Below, in pieces: positions 12,455 through 25,100 of a DNA stretch of 64,000 nt. Origin of the DNA: the human T2T-CHM13v2.0 reference genome, Homo sapiens. Position 1 is the first letter of the stretch; each line of letters begins with the position of its first letter. The stretch lies in the NCBI RefSeq assembly GCF_009914755.1, contig NC_060932.1, one strand, 5' to 3'. The notes under the pieces are model-generated. The model did no database searches. It saw only the letters and a program-made list of their open reading frames with translations, and was not told the origin of the DNA. Both the position numbers and the translations under genes were made by a program.

Positions 12455-13130
12455 GTGTCTGCTTTCAAGTCAGAGAATTGAACATCCCCTCACACAGAGC
12501 AGTTGTGCAGCACTCTATTTGTAGTATCTCGAAGTGGACATTTGGAGGGCTTTGTTTTCTATCTGGAAAAAGGAAATATCTTCCCATGAATGCGACATAG
12601 AAGTAATCTCAGAAACATGTTTATGCTGTATCTACTCAACTAAGTGTGCTGAACATTTCTATTGATAGAGCAGTTTTGAGACACTCTTCATTTGGAATCT
12701 GCAAGTGGATATTTGGATAGATTTGAGGATTTCTTTGGAAACGGGATTATACATAAAAAGTAGACAGCAGCATTCTCAGAAACTTCTTTGTGGTGTCTGC
12801 ATTCAAGTCACAGAATTGAACATCCCCTCACATAGAGCAGTTGTGCAGCACTCTATTTGTAGTATCTCGATGTGGACATTTGGAGGGCTTTGTAGCCTAT
12901 CTGGAAAAAGGAAATATCTTCCCATGAATGCGAGATAGAAGTAATCTCAGAAACATGTTTATGCTGTATCTACTCAACTAACTGTGCTGAACATTTCTAT
13001 TGATAGAGCAGTTTTGAGACACTCTTCTTTTGGAATCTGCAAGTGGATATTTGGATAGATTTGAGGATTTCGTTGGAAACGGGATTATATATGAAAAGTA
13101 GACAGCAGCATTCTCAGAAACTTCTTTGTG
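12455..13130 (+). repeat. Tandem duplication of a 338-bp dimer giving a 13-mer HOR variant (~2206 bp)
   Basis: gtgtctgc...cccatgaatgcg...aaaagtagacagcagc occurs twice in succession; ORF spacing 12292->14498 = 2206. Confidence 0.93.
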
Positions 13131-16100
13131 ATGTTTGCATCCAGCTCTCCGAGTTGAACATTCTCTTTCATAGAGTAGGTTTGAAACCCCCTTTTTATAG
13201 TGTCTGGAAGCGGGCATTTGGAGCGCTTTCAGGCCTATGCTGAAAAAGGAAATATCTACCTACAGAAACTAGACTGAAGCAATCTGAGAATCACGTTTGT
13301 GATGTGGGTACTCAACTAACAGTGTTGATCCATTCTTTTGATACAGCAGTTTTGAACCACCCTTTTTGTAGAATCTGCAAGTGGATATTTGGATAGCTGT
13401 GGGGATTTCGTTGGAAACGGGAATGTCTTCATAGAAAATTTAGACAGAAGCATTCTCAGAACCTTGATTGTGATGTGTGTTCTCCACTAACAGAGTTCAA
13501 CCTTTCTTTTGACAGAACTGTTTTGAAACATTCTTTTTATAGAATCTGGAAGTGGATATTTGGAAAGCTTTGAGGATTTCATTGGAAACGAGAATATCTT
13601 CAAATAAAATCTAGCCAGAAGCATTCTAAGAAACATCTTAGGGATGTTTACATTCAAGTCACAGAGTTGAACATTCCCTTTCACAGAGCAGGTTTGAAAC
13701 AATCTTCTCGTACTATCTGGCAGTGGACATTTTGAGCTCTTTGGGGTCTATGCTGAAAAAGGAAATATCTTCCAACAAAAACTAGACAGAAGCATTCGCA
13801 GAATCACGTTTGTGATGTGTGCACTCAACTGTCAGAATTGAACCTTTGTTTGGACAGAGCACATTTGAAACACTCTTTTTGTAGAATCTGCAGGTGGATA
13901 TTTGGCTAGCTTTGAGGTTTTCGTTGGAAACGGTAATGTCTTCAAAGAAAATCTAGACAGAAACATCCTCAGAAACAACTTCGTGATGTTTGCCATCAAG
14001 TCACAGAGTTGAACCTTCCGTTTCATAGAGCAGGTTGGAAACACTCTTTTTGTAGTATCTGGAAGTGGACATTTGGAGCGCTTTCAGGCCTATGGTGTAA
14101 AAGGAAATATCTTCCCATAAAAGCGACATAGAACCTATCTCAGGAACATGTTTATGATGTATCTAATCAACTAACAGTGTTGAACCTTTGTACTGACAGA
14201 GCAGTTTGAAACACTCTTTTTTATGAATCTGCAAGTGGATATTTGGATCGCTTTGAGGATTTCGTTGGAAACGGGGTGCAATATAAAACGTACACAGCAG
14301 CATACTCAGAAAATACTTTGCCATATTTCCATTCAAGTCACAGAGTGGAACATTCCCATTCATAGAGCAGGTTTGAAACACTCTTTTTGGAGTGTCTGGA
14401 AGTGGACATTTGGAGCGCTATCTGAACTATGGTGAAAAAGGAAATATCTTCCAATGAAAACAAGACAGAAGCATTCTGAGAAACTTACTTGTGATGCGTG
14501 TCCTCAACTAACGGACTCGAACCTTTCGATTCATGCAGTACTTCTGGAACACTCTTTTTGAAGATTCTGCATGCGGATATTTGGATAGCTTTGAGGATTT
14601 CGTTTGAAATGGGCTTACATATAAAAATTAGACAGCAGCATTCTCAGAAACTTCTTTGTGGTGTCTGCATTCAAGTCACAGAATTGAACATCTCCTCACA
14701 TAGAGCAGTTGTGCAGCACTCTATTTGTAGTATCTCGAAGAGGACATTTGGAGGTCATTGTAGCCTATCTGGAAAAAGGAAATATCTTCCCATGAATGCG
14801 AGATAGAAGTAATCTCAGAAACATGTTTATGCTGTATCTACTCAACTAACTGTGCTGAACATTTCTATTGATAGAGCAGTTTTGAGACACTCTTCTTTTG
14901 GAATCTGCAAGTGGATATTTGGATAGATTTGAGGATTTCGTTGGAAACGGGATTATATATAAAAAGTAGACAGCAGCATTCTCAGAACTTCTTTGTGATG
15001 TTTGCATCCAGCTCTCAGAGTTGAACATTCCCTTTCATATAGTAGGTTTGAAACCACCTTTTTATAGTGTCTGGAAGCGGGCATTTGGAGCGCTTTCAGG
15101 CCTATGCTGAAAAAGGAAATATCTACCTACAGAAACTAGACAGAAGCATTCTGAGAATCACGTTTGTGATGTGGGTACTCAACTAACAGTGTTGATCCAT
15201 TCTTTTGATACAGCAGTTTTGAACCACCCTTTTTGTAGAATCTGCAAGTGGATATTTGGATAGCTGTGAGGATTTCGTTGGAAACGGGAATGTCTTCATA
15301 GAAAATTTAGACAGAAGCATTCTCAGAACCTTGATTGTGATGTGTGTTCTCAACTAACAGAGTTGAACCTTTCTTTGGACAGAACTGTTTTGAAACATTC
15401 TTTTTATAGAATCTGGAAGTGGATATTTGGAAAGCTTTGAGGATTTCGTTGGAAACGGGAATATCTTCAAATAAAATCTAGCCAGAAGCATTCTAAGAAA
15501 CATCTTAGGGATGTTTACATTCAAGTCACAGAGTTGAACATTCCCCTTTCTCAGAGCAGGTTTGAAACAATCTTCTCGTACTATCTGGCAGTGGACATTT
15601 TGAGCTCCTTGGGGCCTATGCTGAAAAAGGAAATATCTTCCGACAAAAACTAGACAGAAGCATTTGCAGAATCACGTTTGTGATGTGTGCACTCAACTGT
15701 CAGAATTGAACCTTGGTTTGGACAGAGCACTTTTGAAACACTCTTTTTGTAGAATCTGCAGGTGGATATTTGGCTACCTTTGAGGATTTCGTTGGAAACG
15801 GTAATGTCTTCAAAGAAAATCTAGACAGAAACATCGTCAGAAACACCTTCGTGATGTTTGCAATCAAGTCACAGAGTTGAACCTTCCGTTTCATAGAGCA
15901 GGTTGGAAACACTCATTTTGTAGTATCTGGAAGTGGACATTTGGAGCGCTTTCAGGCCTATGGTGTAAAAGGAAATATCTTCCCATAAAAGCGACATAGA
16001 AGCTATCTCAGGAACTTGTTTATGATGCATCTAATCAACTAACAGTGTTGAACCTTTGTACTGACAGAGCAGTTTGAAACACTCTTTTTTTGGAATCTGC

Positions 16101-19100
16101 AAGTGGATATTTGGATCGCTTTGAGGATTTCGTTGGAAACGGGATGCAATATAAAACGTACACAGCAGCATACTCAGAAAATACTTTGCCATATTTCCAT
16201 TCAAGTCACAGAGTGGAACATTCCCATTCATAGAGCAGGTTTGAAACACTTTTTTTGGAATGTCTGGAAGTGGACATTTGGAGCGCTTTCAGAACTATGG
16301 TGAAAAAGGAAATATCTTCCAATGAAAACAAGACAGAAGCATTCTGAGAAACTTATTTGTGATGCGTGTCCTCAACTAACGGACTCGAACCTTTCGTTTC
16401 ATGCAGTACTTCTGGAACACTCTTTTTGAAGATTCTGCATGCGGATATTTGGTTAGCTTTGAGGATTTCGTTGGAAACGGGCTTACATGTAAAAATTAGA
16501 CAGCAGCATTCTCAGAAACTTCTTTGTGGTGTCTGCATTCAAGTCACAGAATTGAACATCCCCTCACATAGAGCAGTTGTGCAGCACTCTATTTGTAGTA
16601 TCTCGAAGTGGACATTTGGAGGGCTTTGTAGCCTATCTGGAAAAAGGAAATATCTTCCCATGAATGCGAGATAGAAGTAATCTCAGAAACATGTTTATGC
16701 TGTATCTACTCAACTAACTGTGCTGAACATTTCTATTGATAGAGCAGTTTTGAGACACTCTTCTTTTGGAATCTGCAAGTGGATATTTGGATAGATTTGA
16801 GGATTTCGTTGGAAACGGGATTATATATCAAAAGTAGACAGCAGCATTCTCAGAAACTTCTTTGTGATGTTTGCATCCAGCTCTCAGAGTTGAACATTCC
16901 CTTTCATAGAGTAGGTTTGAAACCCCCTTTTTATAGTGTCTGGAAGCGGGCATTTGGAGCGCTTTCAGGCCTATGCTGAAAAAGGAAATATCTACCTACA
17001 GAAACTAGACAGAAGCATTCTGAGAATCACGTTTGTGATGTGGGTACTCAACTAACAGTGTTGATCCATTCTTTTGATACAGCAGTTTTGAACCACCCTT
17101 TTCGTAGAATCTGCAAGTGGATATTTGGATAGCTGTGAGGATTTCGTTGGAAACGGGAATGTCTTCATAGAAAATTTAGACAGAAGCATTCTCAGAACCT
17201 GGATTGTGATGTGTGTTCTCCACTAACAGAGTTGAACCTTTCTTTGGACAGAACTGTTTTGAAACATTCTTTTTATAGAATCTGGAAGTGTATATTTGGA
17301 AAGCTTTGAGGATTTCGTTGGAAACGGGAATATCTTCAAATCAAATCTAGCCAGAAGCATTCTAAGAAACATCTTAGGGATGTTTACATTCAAGTCACAG
17401 AGTTGAACATTCCCCTTTCTCAGAGCAGGTTTGAAACAATCTTCTCGTACTATCTGGCAGTGGACATTTTGAGCTCCTTGGGGCCTATGCTGAAAAAGGA
17501 AATATCTTCCGACAAAAACTAGACAGAAGCATTCGCAGAATCACGTTTGTGATGTGTGCACTCAACTGTCAGAATTGAACCTTGGTTTGGACAGAGCACT
17601 TTTGAAACACTCTTTTTGTAGAATCTGCAGGTGGATATTTGGCTAGCTTTGAGGATTTCGTTGGAAACGGTAATGTCTTCAAAGAAAATCTAGACAGAAA
17701 CATCCTCAGAAACACCTTCGTGATGTTTGCAATCAAGTCACAGAGTTGAACCTTCCGTTTCATAGAGCAGGTTGGAAACACTCATTTTGTAGTATCTGGA
17801 AGTGGACATTTGGAGCGCTTTCAGGCCTATGGTGTAAAAGGAAATATCTTCCCATAAAAGCGACATAGAAGCTATCTCAGGAACTTGTTTATGATGCATC
17901 TAATCAACTAACAGTGTTGAACTTTGTACTGACAGAGCAGGTTGAAACACTCTTTTTTTGGAATCTGCAAGTGGATATTTGGATCGCTTTGAGGATTTCG
18001 TTGGAAACGGGATGCAATATAAAACGTACACAGCAGCATACTCAGAAAATACTTTGCCATATTTCCATTCAAGTCACAGTGTGGAACATTCCCATTCATA
18101 GAGCAGGTTTGAAACACTTTTTTTGGAGTGTCTGGAAGTGGACATTTGGAGCGCTTTCAGAACTATGGTGAAAAAGGAAATATCTTCCAATGAAAACAAG
18201 ACAGAAGCATTCTGAGAAACTTATTTGTGATGCGTGTCCTCAACTAACGGACTCGAACCTTTCGTTTCATGCAGTACTTCTGGAACACTCTTTTTGAAGA
18301 TTCTGCATGCGGATATTTGGTTAGCTTTGAGGATTTCGTTGGAAACGGGCTTACATATAAAAATTAGACAGCAGCATTCTCAGAAACTTCTTTGTGGTGT
18401 CTGCATTCAAGTCACAGAATTGAACATCCCCTCACATAGAGCAGTTGTGCAGCACTCTATTTGTAGTATCTCGAAGAGGACATTTGGAGGGCTTTGTAGC
18501 CTATATGGAAAAAGGAAATATCTTCCCATGAATGCGAGATAGAAGTAATCTCAGAAACATGTTTATGCTGTATCTACTCAACTAACTGTGCTGAACATTT
18601 CTATTGATAGAGCAGTTTTGAGACACTCTTCTTTTGGAATCTGCAAGTGGATATTTGGATAGATTTGAGGATTTCGTTGGAAACGGGATTATATATCAAA
18701 AGTAGACAGCAGCATTCTCAGAAACTTCTTTGTGATGTTTGCATCCAGCTCTCAGAGTTGAACATTCCCTTTCATAGAGTAGGTTTGAAACCCCCTTTTT
18801 ATAGTGTCTGGAAGCGGGCATTTGGAGCGCTTTCAGGCCTATGCTGAAAAAGGAAATATCTACCTACAGAAACTAGACAGAAGCATTCTGAGAATCACGT
18901 TTGTGATGTGGGTACTCAACTAACAGTGTTGATCCATTCTTTTGATACAGCAGTTTTGAACCACCCTTTTTGTAGAATCTGCAAGTGGATATTTGGATAG
19001 CTGTGAGGATTTCGTTGGAAACGGGAATGTCTTCATAGAAAATTTAGACAGAAGCATTCTCAGAACCTGGATTGTGATGTGTGTTCTCCACTAACAGAGT

Positions 19101-22100
19101 TGAACCTTTCTTTGGACAGAACTGTTTTGAAACATTGTTTTTATAGAATCTGGAAGTGGATATTTGGAAAGCTTTGAGGATTTCGTTGGAAACGGGAATA
19201 TCTTCAAATAAAATCTAGCCAGAAGCATTCTAAGAAACATCTTAGGGATGTTTACATTCAAGTCACAGAGTTGAACATTCCCCTTTCTCAGAGCAGGTTT
19301 GAAACAATCTTCTCGTACTATCTGGCAGTGGACATTTTGAGCTCCTTGGGGCCTATGCTGAAAAAGGAAATATCTTCCGACAAAAACTAGACAGAAGCAT
19401 TCGCAGAATCACGTTTGTGATGTGTGCACTCAACTGTCAGAATTGAACCTTGGTTTGGACAGAGCACTTTTGAAACAATCTTTTTGTAGAATCTGCAGGT
19501 GGATATTTGGCTAGCTTTGAGGATTTCGTTGGAAACGGTAATGTCTTCAAAGAAAATCTAGACAGAAACATCCTCAGAAACACCTTCGTGATGTTTGCAA
19601 TCAAGTCACAGAGTTGAACCTTCCGTTTCATAGAGCAGGTTGGAAACACTCATTTTGTAGTATCTGGAAGTGGACATTTGGAGCGCTTTCAGGCCTATGG
19701 TGTAAAAGGAAATATCTTCCCATAAAAGCGACATAGAAGCTATCTCAGGAACTTGTTTATGATGCATCTAATCAACTAACAGTGTTGAACCTTTGTACTG
19801 ACAGAGCAGTTTGAAACACTCTTTTTTTGGAATCTGCAAGTGGATATTTGGATCGCTTTGAGGATTTCGTTGGAAACGGGATGCAATATAAAACGTACAC
19901 AGCAGCATACTCAGAAAATACTTTGCCATATTTCCATTCAAGTCACAGAGTGGAACATTCCCATTCATAGAGCAGGTTTGAAACACTTTTTTTGGAGTGT
20001 CTGGAAGTGGACATTTGGAGCGCTTTCAGAACTATGGTGAAAAAGGAAATATCTTCCAATGAAAACAAGACAGAAGCATTCTGAGAAACTTATTTGTGAT
20101 GCGTGTCCTCAACTAACGGACTCGAACCTTTCGTTTCACGCAGTACTTCTGGAACACTCTTTTTGAAGATTCTGCATGCGGATATTTGGATAGCTTTGAG
20201 GATTTCGTTGGAAACGGGCTTACATATAAAAATTAGACAGCAGCATTCTCAGAAACTTCTTTGTGGTGTCTGCATTCAAGTCACAGAATTGAACATCCCC
20301 TCACATTGAGCAGTTGTGCAGCACTCTATTTGTAGTATCTCGAAGAGGACATTTGGAGGGCTTTGTAGCCTATATGGAAAAAGGAAATATCTTCCCATGA
20401 AAGCGAGATAGAAGTAATCTCAGAAACATGTTTATGCTGTATCTACTCAACTAACTGTGCTGAACATTTCTATTGATAGAGCAGTTTTGAGACACTCTTC
20501 TTTTGGAATCTGCAAGTGGATATTTGGATAGATTTGAGGATTTCGTTGGAAACGGGATTATATATAAAAAGTAGACAGCAGCATTCTCAAAACTTCTTTG
20601 TGATGTTTGCATCCAGCTCTCAGAGTTGAACATTCCCTTTCATAGAGTAGGTTTGAAACCCCCTTCTTATAGTGTCTGGAAGCGGGCATTAGGAACGCTT
20701 TCAGGCCTATGCTGAAAAAGGAAATATCTACCTACAGAAACTAGACAGAAGCATTCTGAGAATCACGTTTGTGATGTGGGTACTCAACTAACAGTGTTGA
20801 TCCATTCTTTTGATACAGCAGTTTTGAACCACCCTTTTTGTAGAATCTGCAAGTGGATATTTGGATAGCTGTGAGGATTTCGTTGGAAACGGGAATGTCT
20901 TCATAGAAAATTTAGACAGAAGCATTCTCAGAACCTGGATTGTGATGTGTGTTCTCCACTAACAGAGTTGAACCTTTCTTTGGACAGAACTGTTTTGAAA
21001 CATTCTTTTTATAGAATCTGGAAGTGGATATTTGGAAAGCTTTGAGGATTTCGTTGGAAACGGGAATATCTTCAAATAAAATCTAGCCAGAAGCATTCTA
21101 AGAAACATCTTAGGGATGTTTACATTCAAGTCACAGAGTTGAACATTCCCCTTTCTCAGAGCAGGTTTGAAACAATCTTCTCGTACTATCTGGCAGTGGA
21201 CATTTTGAGCTCCTTGGGGCCTATGCTGAAAAAGGAAATATCTTCCGACAAAAACTAGACAGAAGCATTCGCAGAATCACGTTTGTGATGTGTGCACTCA
21301 ACTGTCAGAATTGAACCTTGGTTTGGACAGAGCACTTTTGAAACACTCTTTTTGTAGAATCTGCAGGTGGATATTTGGCTAGCTTTGAGGATTTCGTTGG
21401 AAACGGTAATGTCTTCAAAGAAAATCTAGACAGAAACATCCTCAGAAACACCTTCGTGATGTTTGCAATCAAGTCACAGAGTTGAACCTTCCGTTTCATA
21501 GAGCAGGTTGGAAACACTCATTTTGTAGTATCTGGAAGTGGACATTTGGAGCGCTTTCAGGCCTATGGTGTAAAAGGAAATATCTTCCCATAAAAGCGAC
21601 ATAGAAGCTATCTCAGGAACTTGTTTATGATGCATCTAATCAACTAACAGTGTTGAACCTTTGTACTGACAGAGCAGTTTGAAACACTCTTTTTTTGGAA
21701 TCTGCAAGTGGATATTTGGATCGCTTTGAGGATTTCGTTGGAAACGGGATGCAATATAAAACGTACACAGCAGCATACTCAGAAAATACTTTGCCATATT
21801 TCCATTCAAGTCACAGAGTGGAACATTCCCATTCATAGAGCAGGTTTGAAACACTTTTTTTGGAGTGTCTGGAAGTGGACATTTGGAGCGCTTTCAGAAC
21901 TATGGTGAAAAAGGAAATATCTTCCAATGAAAACAAGACAGAAGCATTCTGAGAAACTTATTTGTGATGCGTGTCCTCAACTAACGGACTCGAACCTTTC
22001 GTTTCATGCAGTACTTCTGGAACACTCTTTTTGAAGATTCTGCATGCGGATATTTGGTTAGCTTTGAGGATTTCGTTGGAAACGGGCTTACATATAAAAA

Positions 22101-25100
22101 TTAGACAGCAGCATTCTCAGAAACTTCTTTGTGGTGTCTGCATTCAAGTCACAGAATTGAACATCCCCTCACATAGAGCAGTTGTGCAGCACTCTATTTG
22201 TAGTATCTCGAAGTGGACATTTGGAGGGCTTTGTAGCCCATCTGGATAAAGGAAATATCTTCCCATGAATGCGAGATAGAAGTAATCTCAGAAACATGTT
22301 TATGCTGTATCTACTCAACTAACTGTGCTGAACATTTCTATTGATAGAGCAGTTTTGAGACACTCTTCTTTTGGAATCTGCAAGTGGATATTTGGATAGA
22401 TTTGAGGATTTCGTTGGAAACGGGATTATATATCAAAAGTAGACAGCAGCATTCTCAGAAACTTCTTTGTGATGTTTGCATCCAGCTCTCAGAGTTGAAC
22501 ATTCCCTTTCATAGAGTAGGTTTGAAACCCTCTTTTTATAGTGTCTGGAAGCGGGCATTTGGAGCGCTTTCAGGCCTATGCTGAAAAAGGAAATATCTAC
22601 CTACAGAAACTAGACAGAAGCATTCTGAGAATCACGTTTGTGATGTGGGTACTCAACTAACAGTGTTGATCCATTCTTTTGATACAGCAGTTTTGAACCA
22701 CCCTTTTTGTAGAATCTGCAAGTGGATATTTGGATAGCTGTGAGGATTTCGTTGGAAACGGGAATGTCTTCATAGAAAATTTAGACAGAAGCATTCTCAG
22801 AACCTGGATTGTGATGTGTGTTCTCCACTAACAGAGTTGAACCTTTCTTTGGACAGAACTGTTTTGAAACATTCTTTTTATAGAATCTGGAAGTGGATAT
22901 TTGGAAAGCTTTGAGGATTTCGTTGGAAACGGGAATATCTTCAAATAAAATCTAGCCAGAAGCATTCTAAGAAACATCTTAGGGATGTTTACATTCAAGT
23001 CACAGAGTTGAACATTCCCCTTTCTCAGAGCAGGTTTGAAACAATCTTCTCGTACTATCTGGCAGTGGACATTTTGAGCTCCTTGGGGCCTATGCTGAAA
23101 AAGGAAATATCTTCCGACAAAAACTAGACAGAAGCATTCGCAGAATCACGTTTGTGATGTGTGCACTCAACTGTCAGAATTGAACCTTGGTTTGGACAGA
23201 GCACTTTTGAAACACTCTTTTTGTAGAATCTGCAGGTGGATATTTGGCTAGCTTTGAGGATTTCGTTGGAAACGGTAATGTCTTCAAAGAAAATCTAGAC
23301 AGAAACATCCTCAGAAACACCTTCGTGATGTTTGCAATCAAGTCACAGAGTTGAACCTTCCGATTCATAGTGCAGGTTGGAAACACTCATTTTGTAGTAT
23401 CTGGAAGTGGACATTTGGAGCGCTTTCAGGCCTATGGTGTAAAAGGAAATATCTTCCCATAAAAGCGACATAGAAGCTATCTCAGGAACTTGTTTATGAT
23501 GCATCTAATCAACTAACAGTGTTGAACCTTTGTACTGACAGAGCAGTTTGAAACACTCTTTTTTTGGAATCTGCAAGTGGATATTTGGATGGCCTTGAGG
23601 ATTTCGTTGGAAACGGGATGCAATATAAAACGTACACAGCAGCATACTCAGAAAATACTTTGCCATATTTCCATTCAAGTCACAGAGTGGAACATTCCCA
23701 TTCATAGAGCAGGTTTGAAACACTTTTTTTGGAGTGTCTGGAAGTGGACATTTGGAGCGCTTTCAGAACTATGGTGAAAAAGGAAATATCTTCCAATGAA
23801 AACAAGACAGAAGCATTCTGAGAAACTTATTTGTGATGCGTGTCCTCAACTAACGGACTCGAACCTTTCGTTTCATGCAGTACTTCTGGAACACTCTTTT
23901 TGAAGATTCTGCATGCGGATATTTGGTTAGCTTTGAGGATTTCGTTGGAAACGGGCTTACATATAAAAATTAGACAGCAGCATTCTCAGAAACTTCTTTG
24001 TGGTGTCTGCATTCAAGTCACAGAATTGAACATCCCCTCACATAGAGCAGTTGTGCAGCACTCTATTTGTAGTATCTCGAAGTGGACATTTGGAGGGCTT
24101 TGTAGCCCATCTGGATAAAGGAAATATCTTCCCATGAATGCGAGATAGAAGTAATCTCAGAAACATGTTTATGCTGTATCTACTCAACTAACTGTGCTGA
24201 ACATTTCTATTGATAGAGCAGTTTTGAGACACTCTTCTTTTGGAATCTGCAAGTGGATATTTGGCTAGATTTGAGGATTTCGTTGGAAACGGGATTATAT
24301 ATCAAAAGTAGACAGCAGCATTCTCAGAAACTTCTTTGTGATGTTTGCATCCAGCTCTCAGAGTTGAACATTCCCTTTCATAGAGTAGGTTTGAAACCCT
24401 CTTTTTATAGTGTCTGGAAGCGGGCATGTGGAGCGCTTTCAGGCCTATGCTGAAAAAGGAAATATCTACCTACAGAAACTAGACAGAAGCATTCTGAGAA
24501 TCACGTTTGTGATGTGGGTCCTCAACTAACAGTGTTGATCCATTCTTTTGATACAGCAGTTTTGAACCACCCTTTTTGTAGAATCTGCAAGTGGATATTT
24601 GGATAGCTGTGAGGATTTCGTTGGAAACGGGAATGTCTTCATAGAAAATTTAGACAGAAGCATTCTCAGAACCTGGATTGTGATGTGTGTTCTCCACTAA
24701 CAGAGTTGAACCTTTCTTTGGACAGAACTGTTTTGAAACATTCTTTTTATAGAATCTGGAAGTGGATAGTTGGAAAGCTTTGAGGATTTCGTTGGAAACG
24801 GGAATATCTTCAAATAAAATCTAGCCAGAAGCATTCTAAGAAACATCTTAGGGATGTTTACATTCAAGTCACAGAGTTGAACATTCCCCTTTCTCAGAGC
24901 AGGTTTGAAACAATCTTCTCGTACTATCTGGCAGTGGACATTTTGAGCTCCTTGGGGCCTATGCTGAAAAAGGAAATATCTTCCGACAAAAACTAGACAG
25001 AAGCATTCGCAGAATCACGTTTGTGATGTGTGCACTCAACTGTCAGAATTGAACCTTGGTTTGGACAGAGCACTTTTGAAACACTCTTTTTGTAGAATCT

